Origin: Lama guanicoe
Lineage: Eukaryota
Direction: 5' to 3'
NCBI GenBank assembly: GCA_013239625.1
Contig: MU053881.1
Coordinates: forward strand, 11,336,873-11,400,872
DNA: 64,000 nt
Shown here: positions 1 to 13,385 of the stretch, in pieces
How the letters are laid out: each line of letters begins with the position of its first letter
How positions within the stretch are numbered: the stretch's first letter is position 1
The notes under the pieces: model-generated
Databases searched by the model: none
What the model was told of the DNA's origin: nothing
Seen by the model: only the letters and a program-made list of their open reading frames with translations
Position numbers and translations under genes: made by a program

Positions 1-294
1 CATTTCTGTCTCAACCAACAAAAAATTAGGTGCTGCTACATAAAAGGCAATTGTTAAGTAGATTATGATGGCATTGGTATCCCCATTGTTAAAAGACTAA
101 ATTATTCCTAATTACTAAATCTGTTGGAAATAATATTAGGTTCTACCTATATCTTAGATGTTGTTCTACACATTTACTCATTAATATAATCAGTTAATAT
201 TTATAGAATTTTGTTATAGACCTATACTGTGTATAAGAAATGAAGGTTGGAGAAAAATACATACTGACACTTATTTCATCTCTTGTTAATAAAC

Positions 295-1689
295 TATGTA
301 TCCCCCTGCATTTATGGTCAATTAATCTACAACAAAAGAGGCAAGAGTATACATCGGAGAAGACATTCTCTTAAGTGGTGTTGGAAAACTAGACAGCTTC
401 ATGTGAAAGAATAAAATTAGATCATACTGTAACACTATATACAAAAATAAATTCAAAATGGATTAAAGACCTATATGTAAAATTGGAAACCATAAAACTC
501 CTAGAAGAAAACATAGGCAGAACACTCTTTGACATAAATTGTAGCAGTATTTTTTTGAAATATTTCTTAAAGCAAAAGAAAGAAAAGCAAGAATAAACTA
601 ATGGGACCTAACTAAACCTAAAAGCTTTTGCGCAGTAAAAGAAAGCAATGACAAAACAAAAAGACATATCTGCAAATGAAAGGACCAATAAGGGGTTAAT
701 ATGCAAAATACATAAACAGCATACACAACTCAACATCAAAACAAAAACAAAAACAAAAAAACAACCTGATTAAAAAATGGGCAGAAAACCTAAATAGACA
801 TTTTTTCCAAAGAAGACATACAAATGACCAATGGGCACGTGAAAAGATGTTCAACATCATTAATCATCAAAGAAATGCCAATTAAAACCACAATGTGGTA
901 TCACCTCACACCTGCTAGAATAGCTATCATCTTTTTTAAAAGACCACAAATAACAATGTTGGTGAGGATGTGGAGAAGAGGGAACATTGCTGGTGGAAAT
1001 GAAAATTGGTGCAGCCACTGTGGAAAACAGTATGGAAGTTTCTCAAAAAACTAATAATACAACAACCCTTTGACCTGGCAATTCCATCCCTGCATATTTA
1101 TCTAAACAAAAATGAAAACACTAGTTTGAAAAGATACATGCATCTCATCTCAATGTTCATAACAGTATTATTTATATTTGCCAAGATACAGAAGCAACTT
1201 AAGTGTTCATCAACAGATAAATGGATAAAGAATATGTGGTATATATATGCAATGGAATACTAGTTAGCCATAAAAAAACAATGAAATCTTGTCATTCACA
1301 ACAGCATGGATAGACTTGGATGATATTATACTAAGTGAAATAAGTTAGACAGAGAAAGATAAATACTGTATGATATCAATTATATGTGGTACTAAAAAAT
1401 AAAACAGACTAGTGAATATAACAAAAAACAAACAGACTCACAGAATGAACTAGTGGTTACCAGTGGGGAGAGGCATGCAGGGTGGGGCAAAATAGGGGCA
1501 GGGGCTTAAAAGGTACAGACTAATATGTATAAAATAAATAAGATTCAAGGATATACAGTACAACATAGGGAATATAGCCAATATTTTATAATAACTATAA
1601 ATGGAATATAACCTTTAAAAATGGTGAGCCCCTATACTGTATAGCTGAAACTTCCATAGTATTGAAAATCAACTATACCTCAATAAAAA
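295..1689 (+). mobile_element. 5'-truncated LINE-1 (ORF2 C-terminus + 3' UTR), cetartiodactyl-type, decayed
   Basis: ORFs 824..1054 ([32 protein letters not shown]) and 1006..1263 ([15 protein letters not shown]...KWIKNMWYIYAMEY) match the L1 ORF2p C-terminal region. They are followed by a G-rich 3' UTR tract and the end motif AATCAACTATACCTCAATAAAA. Frameshifts and an internal deletion near 665. Confidence 0.95.
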
Positions 1690-2264
1690 TATATGTATTA
1701 AACATCCCTTATGTGCCAATCAACAAGCCATGCACTAAGTATATCCAGCTGAAAAATCCTGGACCTAGTCTTAAGACCTAGGAAAACCCCGAGTGAGATT
1801 TCAAACAAAAGTCAGAAACTAATCAGATCAGGAAAGTAAAAAGTAAAAGCAAAAGTAAAAATAATATAAAGTTGTTATAAACTTTTTAGATAAGCTAAGT
1901 ATCAAAAGATCATACAGCTCTATGTTATACAATCCAATAATAATATAATAATAAAGTAGCCTCGTATCTAACTAATATTCTAAAGGAGATGGGAGAAACT
2001 ACAGCAGTATTTGCTTTCATTTTTGTGATGTCACCACCTTTTTCTAGAAGTGTGTATAATATTTTATTAAAATCTATGATAATTATATATATATTATTCA
2101 TTATATAGTCTTATGAATCTATAATACATCACGCTAACTAATATTTCCCATCATGCTGCTTTTTTTTGGCAACTACTGGCATAAGTATTATCTTCATCTC
2201 TTCTATTTTGCTTTGAACACCTAACCTAAACTCCTCTGTTTATTCTAACAGTTAAGGGTTGTTC

Positions 2265-2600
2265 TATTGTTGACACGGTTACACTGGAAACTGTACTTCC
2301 CAGAATCTCCTTCCCTTTGTGATTCCAAGTCTGAGACGGATGAAAGTAAACTTGCAAGCAAGTTGCTTAGCAGGAAGGAAGCAGCTGCCATGATGCAACA
2401 GAGATGCAGAAGTGCCAGCAGGTGCCAGACTGTCCACAGTGTTCCCTGCTCTACACCCAGTTCTCTCTCTCAAATGTGGTCCCTACTGACCAGCAGCATT
2501 GACAGGCTCACTATCCCCAGAACTTGGCTTCAACCTCAAGAAGCTAGTAGCCAGGAAGGCTAGGAACCTTAGTAGACTTCCTGGAGTCATCTTTTCCAAC
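2265..2600. mobile_element. Old ERVL-type LTR fragment (LTR16/LTR33-like)
   Basis: GGAAACTGTACTTCCCAGAATCTCC resembles the LTR16/LTR33 motif ACTACATTTCCCAGAATCCC; GC content is locally higher. Subfamily and ends are uncertain. Confidence 0.4.
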
Positions 2601-3799
2601 TATACTGTGCTTTGTAAAGAAGAAAAGCAAACGCTGATAAAGCACATAGAAAATTGCTGAATTCTTCTAGGGCCTTGTGAAAACTAGGAAGAAAAATCCT
2701 TCACAGTATTATAAGCCAGAATTTTAGGATAAGTAGCTGAGAGAATACAAACCAGAAAGTAGGTGCTATTTGAATCAGAAAGTGCCTGAATGAGAGAAGA
2801 CCAGATTTGAGTATGTTTTGAGCCTGAAGCCAAGGAATCACAGTGAGAGCCTACAAAAGCAGAGAATACACCAAAGGATTAGTTAGACACAGCTCACTTA
2901 GATAAGCTTTTACCTTTTCGGGGGAAGGAACAACTTGGTTTTAATGTAGAACAGTTATTAATTAGAGGCACAGGATTCAAGAATCCAACAGTTCTGCCTT
3001 AACTACGGGAAGTTACCAAGTATAGCCTCCAGCAGCAGAAGGCAAATACTGCAATTACTCAGGCAAAGAGAAAGACAGCAGGGGTTGAAAGGTTTTAGGA
3101 GCCTTCTGATGACTGGGCGTTTTATTTCCCAACACCATCTCTGAAGGGCAGAGCATCTGTTTAGGAAAAGTGCTGAAGAACAATGCCTCTTTTTGGTGTA
3201 CGAGTCTTTATACAGTGCTTAATAATCCAAAGCAGCAGCATGTAAAAGGTAACAACAAGAATGTAATATTTTGAGTGGGAAGTTGTACATTTTGTTGGGT
3301 TTGCATTTAATTTACCATGCAAATACATCATTTTCACATAAAAAAAAGAAAAATCCCTATGTGGGGTCTACTTGCTATTTTTAATCTACTGAAAACAAGG
3401 TATATATGACATTTAAGGATTCAAGTTTTAAAAATCCTTCTTAAGTGTGTACTATGTTATCTACACTGCTTTAGATTCCAGAAATCTTTCAAAATCAAAA
3501 ACTCAAAATATTTATTTGGTTAAAACCTAGCATTACTATGTCTGTATGTTCCAACCTCAATTCACCAGGTGAGACAAAAATATTACTAATTTATATTTCA
3601 CAGTTCATAATTTCTAAACTGAATATTCAAGAGCTATAGAAGTAATTTATATTATAAAACAATAGTCAAAATCAAGAGAGTTATTGGTTGTCATGTCTAC
3701 TTTACTAACCAAGGGACTACTGGTAAAATTTCATTGTGGAAAATTAAATATGGGACATAATTCTTCAGTCTCCTATAGTAATGCTATATATCTGTTCCC

Positions 3800-4530
3800 T
3801 TGGCATGGTTTCATAATGGATGAAGTATTTCTACTATCTATTAACTCGGCATGGCCGTATGAACTTCTTTGCCCATTGGGATACTAGCAGACATGATATA
3901 ACAGGGGCTTGGAGTGTGCCTCTATGATTGAGCATGTCTGCTTTTTGCTCTCCTAACATTACTGGAAGATGCCCTAGTTAGCTTTTTCATCCAGGGAAAA
4001 TGAAAAACTTGGACTCAATCTATAACCAGAGCCAACTCCAGGTAATTTCAACCCAGATCAGCCAACCCACAGTCACCCCAATCATGTGTGATTATCTAAG
4101 TATGCCACTGAATACTTAGCTGGTTGGTTAAACAGCACTGTCATAGCAATGTTGAATGATATAAAAATTTGTGAAAACCTCCCCCCCTAAAATATATGGC
4201 ATTGGCTTTGAAATGAGGCATAAAGTGACTAGAAATTATTATAAGAGGTTAGGAGATCAATAAGGAAATTGTAGAAGGATAGAAAGGCAGTGACACTTAG
4301 TGTGCAGCGGCAAAATGTTTAGTAAAACCATCACCCGAGGTTAAGTGGGAAGAAAGAAAATGTATTCAATGAATTTGCAGAGTTTAGGGAAGGATTTCAA
4401 AGTGAACTGCATTTCAAAAGATGCTACAAGAAAGACCAATTTAGAAAGAAACTGGTGAGTGTGTAATTAAAATTTATCCAATAACTAGCAGGATTTGGAT
4501 AATGAAAGAATTTCTCATCAAATTAAAGGT
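3800..4530 (+). mobile_element. MaLR MLT1 (G/H-like) LTR followed by the start of MLT1 internal sequence
   Basis: LTR-like motifs CCAGATCAGCCAACCCACAG and GCCACTGA...AAACAGCACTGTCATAGCAAT end near 4163. They are followed by int-like TATGGCATTGGCTTTG and TGCAGCGGCAAAATGTTTAGTAAAACCATCACC. Confidence 0.7.
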
Positions 4531-4629
4531 CTAGTCATTGAAACAGTCCTAAATCTTCATCATTAGCAGGGTGTCATGTGGTGTCTATGTGTGTGTATGT
4601 GACAAATCTGAACAGAAGAAATGTGATAC

Positions 4630-4800
4630 ATCATCCCTGCTCAGGCATTTGTTAGCTGACTGATCTTAGAAACATTATTTTATCTATGTTTCAGTTTTCT
4701 CATTTCTAACGTTGGGATACATAGGGTTGATTTGAGTCTATCAAATAAAATGACGCAAATAAAATTTTAAAGCATCTGGCACATAATAAGCATGAAAGTT
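4630..4800 (+). mobile_element. MIR SINE fragment
   Basis: Core TTTCAGTTTTCTCATTTCTAA and 3' TCTGGCACATAATAAGCA. Confidence 0.65.
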
Positions 4801-7194
4801 TTTTATGTAATAACTATTATAAATAGTAACAGGATTATATTTAAAATTTTAATAAAGGAGATAGAGGAGTTTTTTTTTCTAATTTATTCACTGCACAGAC
4901 TCTATTCCACCTAAATTGTAGTAATACAATAAAATGATCTAATTACCCTGAAAATTTAGATAGATAGCTAAAATACTGAAAAAACACAACCTTAGCTATA
5001 CAATCACAGCTGTTCCAAAGATTGCCACCCACATTACCTGTATACTGAATGCTTTATATGAACCCACCCCAGGGCTCCAAACTGTGGGCTCTATAAAAAT
5101 TGTGTTCTGTGGTTCTCAACTCTGGGATCTTAGTTAGAAGTACAAAACAGAACAAAAATTTTCAGACTTTTTTTTCTCCTTAAGGAATCATTTTGTACAA
5201 ATGATGAATTCCTCTGCCTTCCTGCCCTTCCAGTTTGGGGTATCTATAATTTCTAATCTTGTCAATCTGAGCACTGCTTTTTTCTCATTTAAATGTTGCA
5301 ACAGATAAATACACACCTTGGCTGTGTGGACTCACCCCACTTCTTATGCCTGCACTAATAAAGAACAACAGGAGATCAGACTTCCTTCTCTGGAGGATGC
5401 CTTCACAGCCTGCACAGACGAACAATTCTGTCCTTCCATGAGCCCCTTTGCAGGTGATGAGAGACCAGGGTGGGGCCAAGCACTTCTTACAGACTCCTGC
5501 TTTGTTAACTGTCCCTTACAACATTTGTTCTTTAATGTATCCCAAGTAATGTGTCCTAATCTCTGTTGTGCTGCATGTCATACGAAGAAGGAAGCAGTCC
5601 TGCATAAATATTGAATTTCTGAATCATGCAAATCTTTGTGAAAAATCTCCCTTCTGTTGAGTCAGACGTGATGTTGGATGCTGACTTGATTTCCATGGGA
5701 TGAAGAAATGTCATGAGAATGAATGCACTTTCTAAATTGCTACAGGGAATTGATCTTTATCGCCTGTATTAACGCTCCTTTAACACCCAAGGACTGTGGC
5801 TACAGAAGGGTGGAAGTTTGGGGAGGGAGCCTCTCAGTGACTGGGAACATCCTTCATGTAAGCTTTCAAAGAGATACAGGCTGAGCTAAGACTGTTACTC
5901 TGATTCTTCACTCGATCACACTTAAGAATTACAATTGCAAGAGAATCGGAGATATGGTAAGAAAGAGAGGCTTCTGAAGTAAAAGGAAATGTCCTTTGAT
6001 ATTTCCAAGGACACTTCTTCTGCTATGTCCGAAGTCACACCAATTTGACAATGCTTTCTGTAGTTGACAATAAAGCAGACGCATACACAAAGCCATCATT
6101 GAAAATCCCTTTATCTACATTGTTCAGCTGTCTTCAGATGCATTTCCTTGATGATTTTAAATGGAAAACATCTCTTGCTATGATAGACCACAACAGTTTC
6201 TTCTTTTTTTTTTTTTATAGGGAGCAAGTTCAGCCTTTCTGCCTCTGCTACTACACCCTGAATAATTTAATCTCTAAGCGTTCTTTGTTGACTGCAGAGG
6301 CAGTGACAAATTTCATTCACTATTTGGTAGCAAAACCTATAGTTCTTTGCCATACTTCTTTCTGTAGCAAGTATTTTATGTCTGGAATACTTCTTATATC
6401 ATAAACAATCCACTGTGTAATACGTAATATACAAAATGATAAGCTACAGTAGAGACATACACTGAAACAAGCATTCTCTTTATACTTTAGTTTCTAGAGG
6501 TAAACGTGTGCCCAGCAGTTGCTTAAGTTTAGAGATAAGGACAGCCTAAAACTTTCAAACTTCATATTTGTGTAATGCAACAAAATGATTTTACAATTGC
6601 TAACACCCTGCCCAGGGATGATCAATCACTGCTAACCTGCTTACAACTTAGTAAATTATGAATCTGAAGAGATTACAACTGTCATCTTCATCTCTTGCAC
6701 TGGCAAGAGATTCATATTTCAAATCTTGGCTATCTTTGCATACCGTTCAGTGTTATATTGTCCTGCCACCTACTAATCATGATTTGGAAAGATGATGAGT
6801 CTTCCAAATGCAAACATACATTTCCCTCTTATCACAGCTGCACAGTTCACTTTAGCAGAGTTAAGGCAGCATCAGTATTTCCATTATAAACTCCTGATTT
6901 CAAGGGGTTATGTTGTGAAAGTTCACAGTGAGAAGAAATTTGTCATAGGCAGCGTGTACTAGAATACTTAATAAAGTAAAATAACACTAAAAATCTTAAC
7001 TCTGAAATTGTGTGCTTTACATATATATATTTTTTGTGACTGAAAGTGAGCAAATTATTATTTCCAGTTTACAAATGGTATTGCTTCCCTCATCACAAAA
7101 CATGAAATCATTTATGAAAAATATCCTTGGGATAAACTCATTAGCACTGAGCAAAACAACCATTAAACATTCCATCTTTCTATGTCGTGGGTCA

Positions 7195-7662
7195 AATACA
7201 TGACGCAGATGTAACCAATCAAAGCACTATATCCTAGTGACCAGAGTGGATGTCCTGGGTTGAGCCCATGGTCTATGCTGGCCAATGAGAATGAAGCCCA
7301 GTGACTTGGGCAGGAGTCTAGAAAGGTTTCCAGTCTCTACTGCTAGACATGAACCTCAGAGAAATTGATGCTGGAGCTTCTTTAGGCATCTTTCCATCCA
7401 GAGAGGAGAGTCTGGAACTGGGAGATGTGAAAACATGGAGCTGTAGAGTCAGGCCAGCACAAGGTGAGACAGATCCCAGAGACAACTTAGCCCTAATGAC
7501 GTTATCTGGGCTCCCAAAGCTGTCATTTTCTAAACTCAGCTCTATCTATGGATGTTTTAGTTATATGATCTGATAAATTCAATATGTTCTGTCTCTCTTC
7601 TTAAGCCAGTAAGGTTAGGTTTATTTCCTGTGACCTAAAGCCAAATATCTCTTAATTGATAC
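7195..7662 (+). mobile_element. MaLR MLT1 (J/K-like) solo LTR
   Basis: AACCAATCAAAGCA, GCTGGCCAATGAGA, GATAAATTC...CTTAAGCCAG and the terminal TAATTGATACA are typical of old MLT1 LTRs. Confidence 0.7.
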
Positions 7663-8216
7663 AGCCTCCTAATCCATCTCTTCCATTTGGGCTCTAGGCT
7701 CTTTAATCAATCTGGTACTTTCATACCAGACTCATCTTTCTAAGAGCATGCTTCATCAAGTCATTGACTGTTTAAAAATAAGTAAGGGAAAAATGCATCA
7801 TCTCCAACAAGGCTCACTGCATCAAGTCTAATGCCAGATGCTAAAGGTTTCCTTTGTGTAGCATTTTTATTGGTTTCAAAACCTAGCTCCAAAATATAAA
7901 ATTAGGGATGCACTTAGATGCCATTTTATAAGAAGTATTTTAGTCTATTAAAAAATAGACATGATTCTTATTAAGAAAACTTTTCTGAAAACAAAAAGCA
8001 CAGTAATATATGTATTTCCTTTAACTGTGAAATAGAGCAATTTTAATTCAGACCTGAATTAATGTCAGGAGCACCAAGCTAATGCATTTATAAGCTGTCA
8101 CTTGAATCTTACTTTATGCTTTGAACATAATAAAAATATAATTTTCATTGAGACTACATTTTAGTCTCAACATGAGCACAGTATAAAGAAACATAAGTAT
8201 ATTGGGGAACTCTGAA

Positions 8217-9210
8217 TTTTTTTGAAGTATAGTCAGTTTACAATGTTATGTCGATTTCTGGTATACAGAATAATGTTTCAGTCACACATATACATACATA
8301 TATTCCTTTTCACATTCTTTTTCATTATAGGTTGCTACAAGATAGTGAATATAGTTCCTTGTGCTATACAGAAGAAACTTATTGTTTATCTAGTTTATAT
8401 ATAGTAGTTAGTATCTGCAAAACTCCCAATTTGTCCCTTTCTACCTCCTTCTCACCCTGGTAACCGTAAGTTTGTCTTCTGTATCTGTGAGTCTGTTTCT
8501 CTTCTGTAAATAAGCTAATTTGTGTCTTTTTTTTTTTAAGATTCCACATATGAGTCATATCTTATGATATTTTTCTTTCTCTTTCTGGCTTAAGTTCACT
8601 TAGAATGACAATCTCCAGGTCCATCCATGTTGCTGGAAATGGCGTTATTTTATTCTTTTTTATGGCTGAGTAGTATTTCATTGTATAAATATTCCACAGC
8701 TTCTTTATCCAATCATCTCTCAATGGACATTTAGGTTGTGTCCATGTCTTGGCTATTGTAAATACTGCTGTTATGAACACTGAGGCGTGTGTTACTTTTT
8801 GGATTAGAGTTCCATCTAGATATATGGGCAGGACTGGGATTGCTGGATCACATGGTAAAGTCTGTTTTTAGTTTTTTAAGGAATCTCCATTCTGATTTCC
8901 ACAATGGCTGCACCAAAGTACATTCCCAGCAACAGTGTAGGAGGGTCCACTTTTCTCCACACCCTCTCCAGCATTTGTCATTTGTGCACTTTTTAGAGAG
9001 GGCTATTCTGACTGGTGTGAAGTGATACCTCATGGTAGTTTTGATTTGCATTTCTCTGATAATTAGTGATTTTGAGCATTTTCTCTTGAGCCTAATAGCC
9101 ATTTGTGTATCTTCACTGGAGAATTGCTTGCTTAGGTCTTCTGCCCATTTTTGGACTGAGTTATTTGTTTGTTGTTGTTGTTGTTGTTGTTATTTTAAGC
9201 TGTATATGCT
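8217..9210 (-). mobile_element. 5'-truncated LINE-1 3' end, relatively young lineage-specific subfamily
   Basis: Minus ORFs 8848..9102 ([19 protein letters not shown]...[27 protein letters not shown], cysteine-rich domain) and 8562..8780 (QPKCPLRDDWIKKLWNIYTMKYYSAIKKN). Begins with T-run + GAAGTATAGTCAGTTTACAATGTT. Possible degenerate TSD TGGGGAACTCTGAATT / TGGAAAACTCCTAATT (12/16). Confidence 0.96.
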
Positions 9211-10209
9211 GGAAAACTCCTAATTAAAAAAAAAAACAAATCTTGTTGTGTCTCTACTCTCCTATTACAACCTCTCTTAAAATAACTGAGAGGCAATATA
9301 GAGACAACCTTTAACAAAATCAGGTTTTATATTTTGATTAATTGTTGTCAGAATCACTGGTGAGGAGGGGCAAGGGCTTCTTTGAGCTGAGCAGGACTGA
9401 AGAGGTAGATGAGGAATGAAGTGGTTGCAGTGCCGGTAAGGAAACAGAAAATGCACATCTATCTTGAAATAAAGGCTGTGCATTTGAACAGTGTAAGTTA
9501 AAGAGTCATTCTAAAAAGCACTATTACAAAGCCACAGCCCAGAAATAAGTGATTACTATGATGGAGAAGTGCCAGAGGTAATGATCCAGGAGTTAAGGTT
9601 AAATCATTTTTCTGAAAAAAGAAAAATAAAAGTAATAATAATCTAAGGAAATATACATAAATTACTTAATTAGACTATTTGGTATAGAGATGAGTGAGAA
9701 AAGGAGAATAACTGATGAAAGATTTGGGAGTAGTTCCCTTCTGGCCAAAGATGTTGCAGGCTTTTTCCCTATCTGCGGCATAAATATGAGTATACATGGT
9801 GAGGGCAGTTGAGTTATAAATATTTTTTTAAAGAAACAACAACAAAACCACCCCATAAAACAAGGGAAATAAAGCCTAAGATTACTTGCAGTCTATTTTG
9901 CTGAGGAAATAGCCCAGAAAGTTTTAGAGAAATAAATAGTTATTTAGGGAATGAACGAGGAGAGTAAGAAGAGCCCAAAAAAGCAGAAGGGGACACAGCA
10001 GCAGTAAATGGCTACGCATAGGGCGGACATCTGCAGAAAACACAAGGAAGAAAAGAAACAAGGAATAGGAAAATGTAGTGAAATGCCAAAGTGGGAAAGA
10101 CACAGAAGAAGGAATCTCAGAGGTTAAGCAAAGAGACATTTATAAAACATGCACAGCATTATAATAAACAATAATAATCAATCTTTGAGGGAGATTTGTT
10201 CATGAATTG

Positions 10210-10365
10210 GAAGGAAAGGAGAGAGAGAGAGAGGGAGGGAGGGGAGGAAGGAAGGAAAGAGAGGGAAGAAGGGAAGGAAGGAGGGAAGGAAGAAACAAAG
10301 GAAGGAAGGAAAGAAGGGGAAAGAGAAGAGGGGATACAGGAAAGGAGGGAGGAAAGAAGGGAAAG
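10210..10365 (+). repeat. GA-rich low-complexity polypurine tract (GGAA/GA mix)
   Basis: About 155 bp almost entirely of purines; it produces the spurious ORFs 10200..10451 and 10207..10473. Confidence 0.95.
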
Positions 10366-11314
10366 ATGATCAAAATAACAGGCCTAGAAAATGACCTCAC
10401 TAGAGAATATATCCCAATTCTCTCCCTTGGTGAAGAAGGACTTGTGGCCAAAGTAAATTTTACAATTCAATAGTATGTTAGTAATTAGTTGAAATGTTTA
10501 ATTTAACGGTTTAGTAATTTCAGCTAATAGTTTATCTCAAGTGTGTGATTAAGTTATTCTTGAGGAAATTATTTTATTTGTTCCAAATCTCAATTAAGAT
10601 TTCTAACATGGTATTGGTTGTTTCAGAAATATTCCAATCTAGAAAAGAAATAAGGTGGATCTATATCTTAATCTGCACTTGAATATGTGCTGCAGGTGGA
10701 TCAAAAATCTAAAGGGACAAAATAAACATCAGAAAAGTACACAGAGCAGCAAAACTTACACAATCTTACATACAAACTTTTTATATCATCTTTGCATAGA
10801 AAGGGCCCAATATTACACAAATCTAGGAGCCCTGAGGAGAATGCTGCTAAGTTTGCCTACCTTAAATTTTAAAAAGTCTCACTCACAAGAAAAATCTTAA
10901 AGTAAAAAAGATAGTTGAAAATTGGAAAGAAATACATTTAACATGCAGTAGCAAAAGCCTAACTTCTTAATACTGAAAGAGCTCTAAATAATCAGTTAAA
11001 AGGAAAAACTGGAAAAATTAAAATAGACAATTTCCCAGAAAACATATATATATACAGGTATTAAGTACTTGGTTATATTTAGACTTGCTCATTGTAAAAT
11101 ACAAATGAAAAATACACTAATATACCACTGTCACTTGGCAAACTGGCAAATATCAAAAGTTGGATAATAACTGGTTAATCAGATTGGAGAAAGAGAAACA
11201 GGCACTCTCATAGATGTTGATGTTAATATAATTATAAATTTATTTGTAACACACTTAATCTTTGGCTCTACAATTCCAACTATACGAACTGATCCTACAG
11301 ATTATATTCACCCA

Positions 11315-11766
11315 TGAAGCTTCTGAGATTTTCCCCTACTTTTGAGATAATAGCCAGCCTGCCACAGTTTCATGAATGTTGCCCGAACACTGGAGACTCC
11401 TAAGGCAGAAACAAAGCACTTTATCAGTTTACCATGGGATAGAGGCAGCCTGAGCTGCAGGTTTTCATCAGTCCCCCTTGTTCCTTCAAGACCCACAGGG
11501 TAACAGGGGGGCTTGGGTGGATGCTGCATGTATTATGGAGGTGCATCACAGCTGAGGAACCCTGAGCTTAGGGATCTGAATCTTGCATGCTGACCAACAA
11601 CCAAATCTGCTTTCCTTCCAGACACAGACACTGTCTCTTATCTTCCATGGCTATTTGCCACACAAACCTCCTTGACAAAATAGTCTAGAATAAAATGGAA
11701 GCCAGCACCTCCACTCACAAGATATGCAGGAAAGTAACAAACCCGTAGAGCATGGTGTCCCTAACA
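11315..11766 (-). mobile_element. LTR40-like ERVL solo LTR
   Basis: Reverse complement starts TGTTAGGGACACCATGCTCTACGGG...TGCATATCTTGTGAG...TTCTAGACTATTTTGTCAAGGAGGTTTGT...GGAAGATAAGAGACAGTGTCT, matching my recollection of the LTR40 5' end. TG...CA termini. Confidence 0.75.
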
Positions 11767-11875
11767 CAGATAATGCACACAGGTTTAAGTATGAGTGTTT
11801 CTACTGTAGCTCTGTATAACAGCAAGACATTAGACGTATTGAAGCTCTAAATGTCCTAGTAAGCTTGTGCATGCT

Positions 11876-12386
11876 TGCTGGAGCCCAGGGCAGGCCATCC
11901 CAAAATGTGGCACATTGTAATTTTTTATGAAAGTTACTTAAGAAACAGCTGATGCAAGAGGGACTCTTTGACTCTTCTGTCTTGGTGAAAGCAGGAAATA
12001 CATCTCCCATGAGAAAGGTGCACCCCCTGCATTGGGAGGTGGGAGAACACCCACGTGGCCAGAGGCAGGGCCAAGAAGCCTATATAAACAAAACTTGTTA
12101 TGTCTTTAATTAACTAACCCAAGCCCAGAGTTTATTTAGATTCTTCACTAACTAAGCACTCAAAGCCTAAGTTCTTAGTCCAGTCAATTTCTCACAAATT
12201 TATTGTTTCTTTCTCTAAAAAGTAAAAAGTTGCCTACTTTGGCTACTTTTTAGGTCCAATTTCTATGAGACCTCCATCTGCACAAATTAAACTTTGTTTC
12301 TTTTTCTCCTGATAATCCATTTTGTGTTGATTTTATTATTAGACCAGCCACAAGAATTCAAGGGGGAAATTCTCCCTTCCTTGACA
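11876..12386 (+). mobile_element. MER34-family ERV1 solo LTR
   Basis: 5' CCCAAAATGTGGCAC; TATA-like CCTATATAAAC; 3' TTTTCTCCTGATAATC...TTAGACCAGCCACAAGAA...CCTTGACA. TG...CA termini. Confidence 0.75.
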
Positions 12387-13170
12387 CTGAGGTGTAAATG
12401 CATAATAAAGGCAGGAAATTGGTATATCTCTTTATCAAGTCTTATTTTCAAGTACCTAAATTCATTCATATAATGAATGAAAGTAAGAGTACTGCATCTA
12501 GGGAGGGAAACTGCATAGGTGGGGGCATATGGGGAAGAAAATTTACTTTTACTACATATTTTTGTGCCTTTTAAATTTTGTCACATTTACCTATTCTGAA
12601 AATTAGTTATCTTTTTAGAATAACCTAATTTACTTACCTGTTCTTGCCACTGAACTCATGTCCAGGCAGGACCTGCTCTGCCACACACCTACTTCCCTAA
12701 CTAGTAAGAGAAACATGTAAGAGGTTCCTAAACCACAGTCTGAAGTAGAATCCCCACCACTAACATTCGCAATCTCGGCACCCAAGTTTTCTTCCTATAA
12801 GACACTCATCACAAAAGTAAATAATTAGTTTATTTGGTGGTCTATCTGATTTTGATCTGTTCCCTAACAAAGAGCATTGTAACCTCTGCTGTCTAGCCCA
12901 GAGTAAATCCACTATAAAAGTTAGAGGAACTTAATTATATAGTGACATGTTAACTAAACATTAAGGTCTAATATTTGACTGCTACTTTGTTGTGCAATTG
13001 CAAGAGTAGATTAATCAGATTAATAGGGGGGTTAAACTGCTTAATAGGTTAGTAAAAATCTTCATCAGGAATATCCCAACTCCCAGGGGTGGCAACAATA
13101 GCTTGTATTAATGTATTGATGGGAATCAGATCAATGGAGTCTCATTATTTAGATGTTTCTTATTCTAAAG

Positions 13171-13385
13171 CAGGAGGCAGCTGACTACAGGCCAGAGGCA
13201 AAATCTGGCCCACCACCTATTTCTGTAAATAAAATTTTGTTGGAGCACAATCACTTTTATTCATTTAAATATTGTCTCTGATGGCCGCCACACTGTAACA
13301 GTAGAGTTGAATACTTGCAACAAAGACCACAAATCCTAAAATATTTACTATCTGGCCCTTTATAGAAAAAGCTTGCTGAGTGCTG
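13171..13385 (+). mobile_element. MER58A hAT-Charlie MITE, near full length
   Basis: AAATCTGGCCCACCACCTATTTCTGTAAATAAAATTTTGTTGGA and CCTAAAATATTTACTATCTGGCCCTTTATAGAAAAAG. CAG...CTG termini; 8-bp TSD TTCTAAAG (13163-13170) / TTCTGGAG (13386-13393). Confidence 0.9.

Larger units (their letters stand above)
10630..12605 (+). mobile_element. Ancient L1 (L1ME-like) 3' region split by two LTR insertions
   Basis: Degraded ORF2 and 3' UTR motifs (GGTGGATCAAAAATCTAAA, ACTGGCAAATATCAAAAGTTGGATAATA, CAGGCACTCTCATA, ACAATTCCAACT...ATCCTACAGATATA). L1 sequence resumes at ~11767-11870 and ~12390-12605. Confidence 0.7.

Noticed and set aside
6045..6404. Longest ORF in the track (119 aa)
   Set aside because: TTG start, a polyT-derived Phe run and no recognisable domain; consistent with a chance ORF.
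10200..10473. Overlapping 83-aa and 88-aa ORFs (R/E/G/K-rich and L/P/S/F-rich)
   Set aside because: Artefact of translating a GA-rich low-complexity tract.
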